Shown here: in pieces, positions 40,305 to 54,640 of the stretch
Layout: every line of letters starts with the position of its first letter
Numbering within the stretch: the stretch's first letter is position 1
NCBI GenBank assembly: GCA_951406725.2
Contig: OX597816.1
Coordinates: 119,164,001-119,228,000 of the forward strand
Direction of reading: 5' to 3'
DNA: 64,000 bases
Source: Octopus vulgaris
Taxonomy: Eukaryota
Notes under the pieces: model-generated
What the model was told of the DNA's origin: nothing
The model's database searches: none
The model's input: the letters and a program-made list of their open reading frames with translations, nothing else
Made by a program: the position numbers and the translations under genes

Positions 40305-40713
40305 TATTTCTTTATTGCCTACAGGGGGCTAAACATAGAGGGGACAAACAAGGACAGACAAACGGATTAAGTCGATTACATAGACCCCAGTGCGTAACTC
40401 GTACTTATTTAATCGACCCCGAAAGGATGAAAGACAAAGTCGGCCCCAACAGAATTTGAACTCAGAACGTAACGGCAGACGAAATACCTATTTCTTTACT
40501 GCCCACGAGGGGCTACACACAGAGGGGAGAAACAAGGACAGACAAACAGATTAAGTCGATTATATCGACCCCAGTGCGTAACTGGTACTTATTTAATCGA
40601 CCCCGAAAGGATGAAAGGCAAAGCTGACTTCAGCGGAATTTGAACTCAGAACGTAGAGGCAGACGAAATACGGCAAAGCATTTCGCCCGACGTGCTAACT
40701 TTTCTACCAGCTT
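40305..40713 (-). mobile_element. Dimeric SINE family A
   Basis: Two monomers joined at gaaatacc|tatttctttact (40488/40489). Confidence 0.9.
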
Positions 40714-41329
40714 GTGATTATAGTAAGATAAAATTATGACAATAACAATACATCTCATAGTTGTAAAGTAAGACATTTTGAAACTACATATACGTCAAGA
40801 ACAAAAAAATCTAGCTGCGGACTCGTTGCTCTATGGTATTGATTCTTCGAACAGAGTGGTGACAGTAGCGATGACCCAGAAGTTGTTCCTCTTCGATTAC
40901 TATCACAACCGAGTACCCGTCGTTGATTGGTTGAAATTACCCAAATACGACAATAACTTCTAAAATAGGAAATTTCGTCAAAAATTTCAGAGTAAACCGT
41001 GTTCTACGTGAGAAATTCTACCAGTATTCGAGGTTTCAAACTGTTTAGTTTTAAAAATTAATTAAAAAATCTGTGACTGAGATGGAATAGATCCGACTTA
41101 ACTAGTACTTATTTTGTCGTCCTCGAAACAATGAAAGACAAAGTCGACTCTGAATTCAGAATGTGAAGCGTAAGCAATGCTGCTTAGCATTTTGTCTAGT
41201 GTGCAAACAATTTTGCCAGCCCCCCCTCTCAACATTCAGTGTGGTAATAGCGAATCATAACACGTCAGTTAGTCATCAATCTACAATTGCTAGAATGAGC
41301 ACAAGTTTAGTGACCTTGATGCTTTGTTG

Positions 41330-41735
41330 CGCGTTCAACATCGAATAATTTGGAAGTGCATCTTGTTTCAAATTGAGAAAAACTATTGCGGAAACTTTTG
41401 TAATGTGGCAACAGGCCTACGCGATGGAATGTTTGAACCGTATTCATTGTTAGAAGTGGTGACAGAGTTTTAAGTCAGGAAAAACAACCACCAGATATTA
41501 TCACAAATTTAGACGATCTTCAATAATACGACCGACGATCACGGAAGTGTATACCGAAATATCTGAAAATTATCTCCTGGCTTTTTGGCTAAATTTTCTA
41601 AGATTTAGGCATCTGAAAACTTTCCTATGACATAATTTTAAAAGGACAATAAAGATGTATCCTGTCATCACAAACATTTATCATAGATGAATCAAAAGAG
41701 AACGGAGTCGCATAACCAATCAGGAGTTGTTTGAA
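41330..41735 (+). mobile_element. Mariner transposase N-terminal (HTH) remnant
   Basis: CFKLRKTIAETFVMWQQAYAMECLNRIHC*KW*QSFKSGKTT resembles the Mos1-type HTH. Confidence 0.65.
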
Positions 41736-41871
41736 ATATAGAAATATAGAAATCATTGTTATTATAGTGTTCAAATCCTTTCATATTTGTCTTTTATCTT
41801 TCCGGAGTCGATATAATCCGCTAACTCCTTACCATCCCAAATTTGTAGACCTGTCTCTGTTAGAAACTATT

Positions 41872-42262
41872 AAGGCGACGAGCTGGCAGAAACGTTAGCA
41901 CGCCGGGCGAAATGCGTAGCCGTATTTCATCTGGCATTACGTTCTGAGTTCAAATTCCGCCGAGGTCGACTTTACCTTTCGGGGTCGATAAATTAAATAC
42001 CAGTTACGCACTGGGGTCGATGTAATCGACTTAATCCGTTTGTCTGTCCTTGTTTGTCTCCTCTGTGTTTAGCCCCTAGTGGATAGTAAAGAAATAGGTA
42101 TTTCGTCCATCTTTACGTTCTGAGTTCAATTTCCGCCGAGCTCGACTTCACCTTTCATCCTTTCAGGGTCGATAAATTAAATACCAGTGAAACACTGGGG
42201 TCGATGTAATCGACTAGTCTCCTTCCCGCAAATTCCACGCCTTGTGCTTTTATTTGGAAAGA
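41872..42262 (+). mobile_element. Dimeric SINE family A
   Basis: Full monomer plus a headless monomer, joined at gtaaagaaata|ggtatttcgtc (42096/42097). Confidence 0.9.
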
Positions 42263-42459
42263 TTATTTATCGAAGCATTTTATGAGAAATTGTTGGTTGA
42301 TAAAACAAGAAATAATTAATTTTCCTTTCTTTTTAGTAATGCGTGTGTGTGTGAGAGAGAGACAGGGAGAGGGAGAGAGAGAGAGAGGGGGGGAGAGAGA
42401 GAGAAAGAGAGAGTATGTGCGTATGTCTTTAGGTACATCAAACAATTATTTGAAGGGTG

Positions 42460-42830
42460 TCGTAATAGGCGGTGAAACTTGGATTGCGTGGCTGCGAAGT
42501 CGAAGCAAAAGAGGCAAACGTCTCAGGTGATTGGACCAAAAATTAACATATGATAGAAATAAATACTTTAAGAAGCCCGAAATCGCATTCAAATGTTGAT
42601 TTTTTTTCTGCTTTTCTTTTTGCGATTGCAATAAACTCCATGATACATGACAGGCGATAAATAGCTTTAATTGGATGTATTGAGGCGTTTGAGAGAGGCA
42701 GTGCAAAGGAAGAGAGACCTGAGGTATGTACAAGCAAAATCTCGTGCTGTACCATTACAACGCATGCGCTCCCGCGTCACTCTTTCTCCGCATTTCAGCA
42801 AAGAACAAAATCGAAGCAAATTCGCGATAA
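42460..42830. promoter_or_regulatory. Candidate promoter/first-exon island
   Basis: 20 CpGs in about 370 bp of non-repeat DNA. ATTGG at 42530 and 42670, NRF1-like CGCATGCG at 42761-42768, GCGTCA at 42774, TCGCGA at 42822, and donor-like GAG|GTATGT at 42723/42724. Confidence 0.35.
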
Positions 42831-43543
42831 GAAATTCTCATTACTCCTGAAAATGCATCTTGATGTATTTTCAAAACTGGAAGGAAGATGTTGAGATTTG
42901 TGTATCAATATTAACCGAAACTATTTTAAAAGAAACGAGTCTGATTAAATTGTATGTTAACCAATAAGATTGTATTTATTTTTTAAAGCTCGGTTTCTTT
43001 TTGAACAGAACTCGTAAACACACGCATATATATAACGTGTATGTGTGTGTGTATGTGTGTGTGTATGTGTGTGTATGTGTGTGTGTATGTGTGTGTATTT
43101 ATTTCGGTGTATTTATGCTTGTGTGCATTTAATTTATCATGTTTAGATATGAATTGGTTAATTTGGAAATGTGCACCTATAAGTAATTCCGTGTTTATAT
43201 ATGTTTTTACTTTAATATAGATATTAAATATTTAATATTGACATTGCAACTGTCCTTTGCAAATTACAAATTTATATATTTTGTGTACATATTTGAGCGT
43301 ATCTGTCCTTTTGCGTATCTATATACATGTGTGTGTGTGTGCAGGGGGTGCGCGCACGTGTATGTATAAATATATATGTATGTATATATATATATATTAT
43401 TCACATGCATATGAAGGAAGATGCCTCGAATTTATTGATGTATAAAACTACATATGATCAATTACTGAAATTGCTTACATGTTTACGGATGTGTGTATGT
43501 GTTTGTGCATATTTATGTTTGTATTTGTTTAGAGATGGTTTTA

Positions 43544-43593
<50 letters not shown>

Positions 43594-43643
43594 AATTCGC
43601 AATGCTTGTGTGTGTTGGGGGCGTGTGTGTGTGTGTACGCGCG

Positions 43644-43684
<41 letters not shown>

Positions 43685-43804
43685 TCGTGCATATTTATGT
43701 TTACAAGTTTGCAGCGCTTGTGTGTGCGTGTGTGTTTGCGTGTTTGTGTGTGTGTGTATGTGCGTGTGTGTGTGTGTGCGTGCGTGTGTGTGTGTGTGTA
43801 ATAA

Positions 43805-44077
43805 CACCATATTTTTGAACCGACTAGCCCCTAATTCTACAATGTATCCATCTCTTAGGGTTCTATCCTGATCCTTGGAAACGCTAGTGTGTGTCCCATT
43901 CCCAAGAAAGGCAGCCACTGTGTTCCTGCCAACTATCACCCTATTGCATCTGTAATATACGTCATTTGATTGAGAGAGAGTCAAGGTCTTCCACATCTCT
44001 CTCCCCATCCTCCCCACCTCTCTCTCCCGTCCCCCACCTCTCTCACTTTCTCTGTACGTATACACTCTCTCACACAC

Positions 44078-44138
<61 letters not shown>

Positions 44139-45235
44139 TATTAATTGCTGGTAGGGATTGCGTATTTAGTTTTGCAACCATAATATTCTACAAGGTATAT
44201 TAAAGTCAATACTGTATCTTTATGTTAGCTGTGTGCTGTTTTTATTTCTTAAGTTTATCTCTACAGATTTTCCATAGAATTTAGAGCCAACACTGAAAGT
44301 TACAATTCGTACACGAATACGTCTATGTAAACAATGCAATCGAAGATAGAAAAATAGATATTGGGTTTATGTGGATATTTCAGAAGTTATTGCTCCTTCT
44401 TCAGCATCACATCCAACCCATTAACTATCCACGTATACTAACTCTTACGCAGATGACACTATCAGCCTTTTCTCACATTCTCCAATTATGCATTCATCAC
44501 TTGTAACTAAGAAAACATGCCAAACCCACACTGACCCCATGAGGGAAGATCACGAAAGTAGCTAATTTTGTCCTTTTCAACATCAAGAGAATACAAATAC
44601 TGCTTGCATCAAGAAAACATCGCACTTGCAACCCCTTATAATCGGAAGCGGTTACTCACTTCGAATTGCTCCAACTGTTGTGTCTCACTATTATTGAGTA
44701 ACTCTCATGGCGAAAGCTCATCCTTAACGTAACTAGATAAACGTCCCGACGATTAGCACTTCACTTCATGGCCTGATAATAATTTATCCTTTAAGAATTA
44801 ATGACACGCTAAGAATTTCAGGTGAAGCCCACAGTTCAATATTACAAATGCCCAAACACAGACATTTCAGGTGAAGCCCACAGTTCAATATTACAGATGC
44901 CCAAACACAGACATTCTTGCGTATGTACAGAAAAAGGTTATCCGACTTATTAGAATACACTCATTTACAAACTCACTCTAGCCTTTGGCCCACAGGCAAA
45001 CTGTCTCTTATTTCTTCTTTTTCTACTGCTATGAAATGATCTTCGCCTCTCAGGGCTGGTTGGGCTCATGTCACCTTCACTCAAGTACATTCGTTCTTCT
45101 CGCTTCTCCTATCAACGTTGTTGTGTTCAAACACCCAGGTCCCGCACTAACCCCTACGCCCGGTCCTTCCTTCGTAGAATGCCAGTCCACTGGAATTCCC
45201 TCTCTGCTCATGTCTTTCCTGTCAGTTTTTACTTA
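43805..45235 (+). mobile_element. Highly decayed L2/CR1-group LINE RT, split by microsatellites
   Basis: YPDPWK..VCPIPKKGSHCVPANYHPIA (43865-43950), SYADDT (about 44445), LAHRQTVS and WNSLSAHVFP. A 49-bp tandem duplication lies at 44815-44912. Confidence 0.7.
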
Positions 45236-45749
45236 AAGATGTCCATTACAGTAGTCTACGAGGGATTGCAAAGATCATGGTTATTGTTTTTTTTTCTTCA
45301 AAACCAGTAAATAAAAAATGAAACTAATAAAAGTTTTAAAATATAAGGAATGTAGAAGGATATGAAATTCATAAAAAAGAGTGGAAAACCTACCTGTTAT
45401 AGTTTTCAGAGCAAAACACACCTTAGAATTAAATGTACCGATAGACTGGGAAGACTAAACAAAAACAAACAAAACAAAAACCGATCCTTGACGCTGCAGA
45501 GCTTTTCTGTCTGCATGCGCTTATTAGTTTTAGGGAAAGAGTCAATCTGCACAATCCGATCTCACAGTGGCTAAGACGGTTGCGGTGACCGGCAAACTGT
45601 AGGAATAGACAATTTAACCTATGCATGTACATATAAACACATGCACATAAGCACGCATGCATTCACATACACACACAACCATACATATGTACATATGTTT
45701 GTATGTTTGTGCGTAGGGCTTCTTTGCAAGTAAATATATATATATATAT

Positions 45750-46551
45750 GAGCTGATGCATTTTGGAAGAAATTCCTCACTAAAACAGCCATACTCTCTT
45801 CCTTCAGGGGAACCGCTCACAGCCTCTAACAATATCAGAGACCTGGGTGTAATTGTTGATGACGATCTCAGTTGGAGTGCACACATCAAGAAGAAGGTCG
45901 ATATAACTCGTAGGATGAGTTCCTGGATCTTAAGAACTTTCCGGTCACACCTCGAATACTGCTGCCCACTGTGGTCTTCTCATACAAGACAAAACATCTC
46001 GAGGATTGAGTCACCCCATAGGGCACTCACTAAACGAATTGAAGGCATGGCTGCTCTCAATTATTGGGATCGCTTTAAAGTCTTGAAACTTTACTCTCTC
46101 CAGCGTCGCCGTGAGCGGTACATAATTTTTACGTTGTGGAGAATATACCGCCAACTTTGCCCAAACGACCTGAACATTAGCTTCAAGGTTCATCCAAGAA
46201 TGGGACCACGGGCCATACGTCCCCTGTCCAATTCAAGATCACAGCATACACGTACACTGTAACATAATTTCTTTTCCTCAACAGGCCCTGCCCTATTTAA
46301 CATTGTCCCGAAAGAGATCAAAGAGGAAAAGGATCCCATCAACTTTAAACGGAGTCTGGATAGATTCCTTCAAAGAATACCAGATAAGCCACCCATAATT
46401 GGATACAACTCACCCAACAAGAACTCACTACTTGAATGGACCATAGACAAAACTTGACTTAAACAGGATTCGAATAATCCTATCAGGTGGTGGTATTAAG
46501 TTAGACATGGCCTGGACCAATCTTTGGTCGAAACATATCTAAGTTTATCTA

Positions 46552-46556
<5 letters not shown>
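45750..46556 (+). mobile_element. CR1-group LINE 3' end (RT C-terminus, 3' UTR stem-loop, tandem tail)
   Basis: RDLGVIVDDDLSWSAHI..HLEYCCPLWS..LKLYSLQRRRERY..FKRSLDRFL. Stem gacca/tggtc and tail (tatctaagtt)2. Confidence 0.9.
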
Positions 46557-46645
<89 letters not shown>

Positions 46646-47329
46646 GGTAACAGTTCAGCACCCTACACAGACCAAAACGAAACCTACTATTATCTTAAAT
46701 AATTGACTATCTTTCAGGATGAAATTTCAAATTATTTATTTTGTAAACAGCCACCAACAAAATTCCAACTATTTTACAATAATGATATGGAGCAAAAAGA
46801 ACGAAATCCTAAACAAACTATTATACATAGATGACGTCACATCACATGAGCAATCACCTAATTTTTGTTTCTTCTTCAAATACTCAAAGAATGGCTACGA
46901 TTGACGTAGATACTTTTATTGTCTCAAATACGTTCAAATTCTTACTATTGTAAAAGCTTTCAGCTTTTGTATGATTTATTAGGATTTAGAATTCCTTTTC
47001 TACTATTGGCGTGCTTGGTTAAGTTTTTAAATATCTGTATGTCTGTGTGTGTATTGCGTTTCGTGTAACGTATGCAAATGTGTGTGCGTGTGTGTGCGTG
47101 CATATATTTATGTATGTGTGTATACATATAAAAATATGTGAATGAATATATGCTTATATATGTGTGTGTGTGTATGTGTATGTATGCATATATATGTATA
47201 TATATATATATATATACATGCATACACACACACATATATGTATGTATGTATGTATGTATGTAAGTATGTATGTATGTATGTATGTATATGTGTGTGTGTC
47301 TGTTTGTCTGTCTGTCTGTGTACATCATT

Positions 47330-48860
47330 GGATCTGGAGGAACTTACAGTGCCATTGCTTTTGCAAGCGAAACCGATAAGTCTTGCTAAAACGAGATGAG
47401 CAGGGAGTGAGTTATAGAGGATCGACATTCTGGGGAAGAAGCACTGTGCGTAGTGAAAAGTGCGTTGTCTGGGGTTGGATGTAACAAGAGTAATGAGAAG
47501 AGGAAAGGCGAGTGGCTCGGGAATGAAATAGTGTGAACATAGCCGTCTTCGAGGTACACAGGCCAATATGGAAATGAGAGGAGACAGTGCAATGTAGAGC
47601 AGAAGCTGGAGTGCATCGAAAGGTAAGCTTATGTGAATCAGCCTATTAGATAGAGCGCAATCTAGTAGGATGTGAGTGCCGTAGCAGCATCGTCCCACAT
47701 TTAAAAGCAATACTGTATTATGGGCATTAGCTGAACTTTGAGAAAGTCGATAATTGTTGAAGTATGAAGAGAAGGACCATATTAAATGCAGTCCTGATTA
47801 TGATAACGATATGCTTTCGCCGTGAGAGATCCTTGGTGATAGTGAGGTCCAACCCAATATTTTGAGCGATTGTTTGAGCTCTCATGATACAGAAGATGCA
47901 ATGATGTTTCTTGATGTGAGTGGCATTTCTGTTTTCTTGCAGTTGAATGATATAAGATTGGCATATTCACATAGGAGGATACTTTCGGGGTCTCAGTTTA
48001 TAAGGTCAATGTAAATTTGCCGGCGTGTGACTTTTAGTTAGAGTGGAGATTATACATGGGTGGAGAAGCTTAAGAAGGAATAAAAGAGTAGCACTATCTG
48101 CATGAGAGTGAACGTTATTGGATGGAAAGGGAAGCAGGTCATTAATGAATAGGGAGAATGCAGTACAGAAAATCCTGCGGCTCGTTAGAGACCATAGAAT
48201 GAGGAACAGAGTGTCGTCAACACGCGCCGCGATAGTGCATTTATATTGGAGGCCTGAGATCAATTCTTCCAGTTTGTTTAATTCAAATAGTCATAAAGTC
48301 ATAGTACCTGTTACTTATTCGGTTGTTGTGCACTACTGTAGGTGATGATAAAGTATTACGTTCATTGCTAGCTTGTGGAGAATTTGTCGATTAGTTATTC
48401 TCATGTGTTGGATGGATCTATGTGATGGCCAAGACCTTTGTAAGGATTAACCCACTAACTTCTTTTGACTGGAAAAAGCTGTTGTTTTTCTGTATCTGGT
48501 TTCTATGGGAAAAGAAGTTGTGTGATAGATACGAAGGAAAAGGCTGAAGATACACTTTTCTCTTTCACCTTCGTCGACATTTTCAAGTTTCATTTGGAAG
48601 AAAGTGAGAGTGGAAAATGACACAATATTATCCAACAAACTCGATGAAAGGCTGACAAGAATATCGAACATGGACCGAGCAAATGGGGAGCCAGGATTTG
48701 CGGGTTGGTCTGGTAGCAGTGGCATCATCAACAGCAGATGTTATGCTTTTTCTAAGGAGAAAGATTAAAGCGTCCTCAATAGAAGTAAGCAAAGACGTAG
48801 TGATAGGACAGAGCATCCACATTACTCCCCATTATTCCACATTACTCTAACCACCCTTGG
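47330..48860 (-). mobile_element. Decayed L2/CR1-group LINE, same type as 43805-45235, opposite strand
   Basis: FSLFINDLL..SNNVHSHADSATL; QCFFPRMSILYNSLPAHL. Confidence 0.7.
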
Positions 48861-49030
48861 TGGTCAGAATAATATTAGATCTGTGAGCTACTTTGATTAG
48901 CCCGTGATGGCTTGCTCCGAAATTGGGAAGATATCCTTTTTTGTATGTTATTGTTATTGTCTCCGGCATTTTTTAGTATTTAAGTCTAACAAAGAAATTC
49001 GTGTCATTATGAAAGTATTCATCAGCATTA

Positions 49031-49828
<798 letters not shown>

Positions 49829-50826
49829 TTATTATGATTACTTTAGATTCAGCGATTACATTTGTGGTCAGTACTCCTTATTTTTGCTATTGATATTCGA
49901 ATCTGTCGGTAGCTGTCGTTGCGGTTAAATATCAGGTGGCTATTCATTTTACTGTCGAGTTTGTTCGGTACAAAACAGTGAAGTTTGTCCATTAATGCCT
50001 AGCAGTAAGCATTAGAACCAGCAGCAGCAGCAGTAGTATTTAGATGCGATTGACATTATGAGACGTGTGGCATTTAGAAAGCGGTGTCGACATCTGTGTC
50101 ATTGATCAACGGTGTTTTAGTATTTCTCTCCCCTGGGAGTATTTAAATGTGTCGTCTATTCGTTTCAACTGTCTCTTTTTCACCTTCTTTTTCTCATATA
50201 TGATTCTTCTATCCATTTCAACTATTCATCCTCTCATTTCTCATCACTCACAGATGACTCTCTTCGTTTCATTATCTTCTCTTTCATCCCTCCTTCACAG
50301 ATAATCACCAGTCTTTCTCTAATACTTTCTATCTCCAACACGACACTGTCTATTTCACTGTTCTTCCACATATCTCTGCTCTTTGAGATAAGTCTAGTTA
50401 AAAAGAAATCAATATTTCCTGAATACTGTAACAAAAACAAAGCAAAACTTTAAATCTGAACGTATCCCTAACTTTATTATATCACTTTCTTTTTCTTTTT
50501 GTCTACGAAATAATATTCCCCAGATAAAGTGATTTAGATTCTAAAATACATTTAGTCGATCAAAAAACATGAAAAAAAAAAGATAAAAACTAGCGTAAAG
50601 AATAATATGAGACTTCTAGATTCTTGTTTCAGATTCTTATTCGGCAAAGAAAGTTTTAATAATGTTTATTATAAATTCCAATCATTTTTCTTTTCAAAAC
50701 TATGACTAAATAATATCTAACACATTTTGAATACGATTTCTTTTAAAGTAAAAAATAAAGACGAGAGAACGAATAAATGAGGCGAAAAATATCATTGGTT
50801 CTTGACGAAAAATAACTTTCGGGGGA

Positions 50827-51119
50827 CCGTTGAATAATTCTTTTTTGGAACAATGGATCTCGAAGCACTTAAAGCTATAAATAATAACATGTAAATATTG
50901 GCCTGAAAAATACTTTTCGATAGGAAAATTTAGAAGGCTGTCCGTAGGACACGAAGCTATATCTCCTGTAGACTTGATAAGCGTTCTAATATTGGACAAT
51001 CACGAACAGTCTTCGAGTTTTTCTATCCAAAAAGGTTGTACTGCCCCAAATTTTAATTCTTTCATTTATAGCTGTGTGTGCTTCGAGACCCATTGTTCCA
51101 AAACTAATTCCATCAACGG
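50827..51119. mobile_element. Palindromic MITE with ~120-bp inverted arms (possibly PIF/Harbinger-derived)
   Basis: ccgttga..ttttggaacaatggatctcgaagcac..agctataaat is mirrored by atttatagct..gtgcttcgagacccattgttccaaaa..tcaacgg. Superfamily uncertain. Confidence 0.7.
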
Positions 51120-52029
51120 CTCTAATTTTGATACCGTTGACCCTAGAACTAATCAGGCACTTTGTTTTAACGACATCTTGGAGAGATGAAAGGTGAAGCT
51201 TCGGTGGAATTTAAACTCAAAATGTAAAGAACCAGAACAAACACCACAAGACATTTGGTCCGATGCTCTAACGATTCTGTTAATCTATCACCCTATAACA
51301 AAGGTCATATAGTTGTTTTGTTCCAGTTCAGCCCAGAATGAGCAAGACTATGATGAAAAATATTCCAGCGATAACCAAGTCCTACCACACTCAGATACAG
51401 TAGATTGAGGCCTGCATCGTTTAATGTGTTCTAACAATTATCTAAAAGACAGTAAAATCAGATCTGACTGTTTTTGACTGTTGTTTCTAGTAGAACAAGC
51501 AGCAACTGCTTAAAGACACATAGTGGCAGGTAAACAAGAGCTAGATTGGTATTTCATCCCATATAAAATTCTTTGCCTAGTCTTGCGTCTTAATGGCATC
51601 CATATCTTAGACAAACAATCAAGGAAGGCAAAACTAAAGCTCGTGGAAACGAACAAACAAACCGAAGATTCGCCTTACTCCAGTCACAGATGCGCTGCTC
51701 TATTTTAAGGAAATATTCCATAATACACAAACAAACATTTAAAAATAGTCTTAGATACACAAATTTACTGAAGTGTGTGTATAGATCGACCAATTCTTTT
51801 CAAAGTAATCACCACTAAAAAGAAGAAAAAAATAAAAATGTATACACTTACACAGACATACATGTGTGAATGCATGCATACATACATACGTACATACATA
51901 CATATGGTAAACAAAAACGTCCGTAAGAGAGTAATATGCTTACAAATAGAGATATGCCCGAAAATTCCAATTTCTCTCTCATGTGTGTATGTGTACACAC
52001 ATATAAATATATGTATGTATGCATGTATG

Positions 52030-52061
<32 letters not shown>

Positions 52062-52146
52062 TGTATGTATGTATGTATGTATGTATGTATGTATGTATCT
52101 GTGTCTCTCTCTTTCTCTCTTTCTTCCTCTTTCTCTCTGTATGTAT

Positions 52147-52187
<41 letters not shown>

Positions 52188-52188
52188 A

Positions 52189-52224
<36 letters not shown>

Positions 52225-53032
52225 TGTATGTATATGAATGTGACTGCTTTCCTTTCTAAAGTATATACAGTGATGACACACCACTACAGTAGAGAAGAGA
52301 AGAAGAAGAATATTTACAGTTAATTTTGAGATAGCTTCAAAATAAACAAATTCGCACTGCGTCCTTCCACGCCATACATAGACCAACGAGCGTAATTGGA
52401 AATATACGATTTTTCACCGACTTAGCAAAGTAGATTTGATGGCGCATACTGTGTTAAAATATACGAACGGATTAATCTGTCTAAAGTATATTGTGTGCTT
52501 TAATGGGAATTCAATGCATCTTGGGAAAAAGATGATATTTTCATTTTATTAGGCTTACATTACAGATTTTAAAGAGCATCACTTTACGATGCTGTGTTAA
52601 GTTCGCTTATTAGCAATCAGTTTTTATGCTGGTTGCTCTAGCTGTCAAATCAAGAAACAGGCAGGCGTGATCGTTATTCATAGAGAGAAAGCCGTTACTA
52701 ACAAAGAGATGTCAGGAATACACAATTAGGACGATATACAAATTAAAACTAATCTCATTGGCTTCATGTGTGAATGAAATTAGTCTTTCGAGAGAACGCT
52801 ATCTTTCCACAAACGCCTCCACCTCCTTCACCGCTTCCGCCTGCACCTCTCCCAGTCAGCACCTCTTGTTTGAAATGGTCTAAATATGTGCACAAATGAG
52901 TGTTTGTATGTATGTATGTATGTATGTGTATGTATGTATGTATGTATGTATGTATGTCTCTGTGTCTCTCTCTTTCTCTCTTTCTTTCTCTTTCTTCCTC
53001 TTTCTCTCTTTATGTATATGTTTATATATACA

Positions 53033-53097
<65 letters not shown>

Positions 53098-53240
53098 ATG
53101 TATGTATGTATATATACGTACATACGGGTGTACACATAGTTATGTGTGTATTATAAATATATATGTATGTATATAGATGCATACATACACTTATGCATGT
53201 GTGTATATAAATCGGGAGACAGACAGATAGACAAAGCGAT

Positions 53241-53295
<55 letters not shown>

Positions 53296-53498
53296 CAGAG
53301 CAGGAGATATAGAGGTGAACATCAATAGAATTAGTGTCAAATGAAAATGAAATAGCATCAGTTGGGAGAACATTAAACATAAAAACAATAGAGTTGTGTT
53401 AGGCAAGTTATTTATTTTATTCATTTTCTCCGATCGAAACCATGTTTTATAGTGATCAAAACTCTTAGTTCTTCATTGAAACATACACACAGACACGT

Positions 53499-53578
<80 letters not shown>

Positions 53579-53829
53579 GCACGCACGCACGCACGCACGC
53601 ACAAGCTTGTCAAAGATTTCAGTTCAATGACTTTGTACCTCTTCCTACCCAGCGTGCTTTGCACTCGCTCTACCTCACTAATTAACCGGCAGTTTTAACA
53701 CATAATAACTTTTAATCATTCATTTTCAAAATAAATCAATAGGTAGATAAATATTTGTTTTCTTTACTTTGCAGCATTCACTTATTTCCTTTCTTATTAC
53801 TGTCGAGAAGATAGGAAAGGTAAAGTTTT

Positions 53830-54250
53830 GGCGAAATGCATCGTCAACGAACCGGTTTCGATTTGTAGTAGTATTCATTATATTCAATTTCTGTTGTTAG
53901 GAGTGTCCAGAAAGGTTAGGAAGAGAAGAACGAGAGAGCAACATGCAAGACCTGTTAAAATTTGCGACTAAATTGTTTCATATGTCTCTGTACAATACCC
54001 TGATCTCGTTGTTCTGAGTTGTCCTTCATTCTCGTAGAGGTGAACTTGTGAAAAGGCTCATAGCTTACGGTTGTTTTGTTGTTGTATTATAACATATATT
54101 AATACTCTGCGATTGTCTTCATCGGTAGTCTAATTATGGCTAGGTCAATACTTAAAGGTTTCTAGTTTTAGGAAGATTTATGGCATATATTACATAGTAC
54201 GTCACACTAAATGTTCGAGTATTGTGCTTTCAACAAGTTTATCTATGGAA
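53830..54250 (-). mobile_element. Penelope-like reverse transcriptase remnant
   Basis: Frameshifted pieces VSY/SLFTSSPL (54035-54070), SSLPNL and RFVDDAF (53834-53854), in the order expected for PLE RT motifs 3-5. Confidence 0.5.
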
Positions 54251-54304
54251 CAATATCGAAGGCATAATCGGAACCTTTGGCATAGAATCTAGCCGATTTG
54301 GATT

Positions 54305-54640
54305 AAAAGTTTGCTCGCCTCGTAGCTACAAGGTCCAGGATTCGATAACACTGCGTATTATCTCAGGTAAATGTCATTTTCCGTAGTCTTGGATCTAGAC
54401 ATACTATGTAAGTGAAATTGGTTAGACGAAAACTGTATAGAAGTCTCTGTCTAATAGATTATACTTGTAATTCAAAAGGTACAATCTTGTTATACAGTAT
54501 CACGCTGATTCAGGCTTAGATTTACGATAAGGATATGTGTGTCTATGGAATGCTAACCACTTATACATAAATTCTGGGGTAGGTAATTCAATTGATCGAA
54601 CAACTGAATCCTTATCGTCGAACGACGGAAATCCACTACT
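54305..54640 (+). mobile_element. Old SINE with a family-B-like head and a different tail
   Basis: ggattcgat..cactgcgt..ggtaaatgtcattttc..gtgaaattggttagacgaaaactgtatagaagtc aligns to the family B 5' half. Confidence 0.5.

Noticed and set aside
46511-46540. CTG-GACCA(atctt)TGGTC-GAAAC as a hammerhead
   Set aside because: It lacks the ANGA core and is better explained as the LINE 3' UTR stem-loop.
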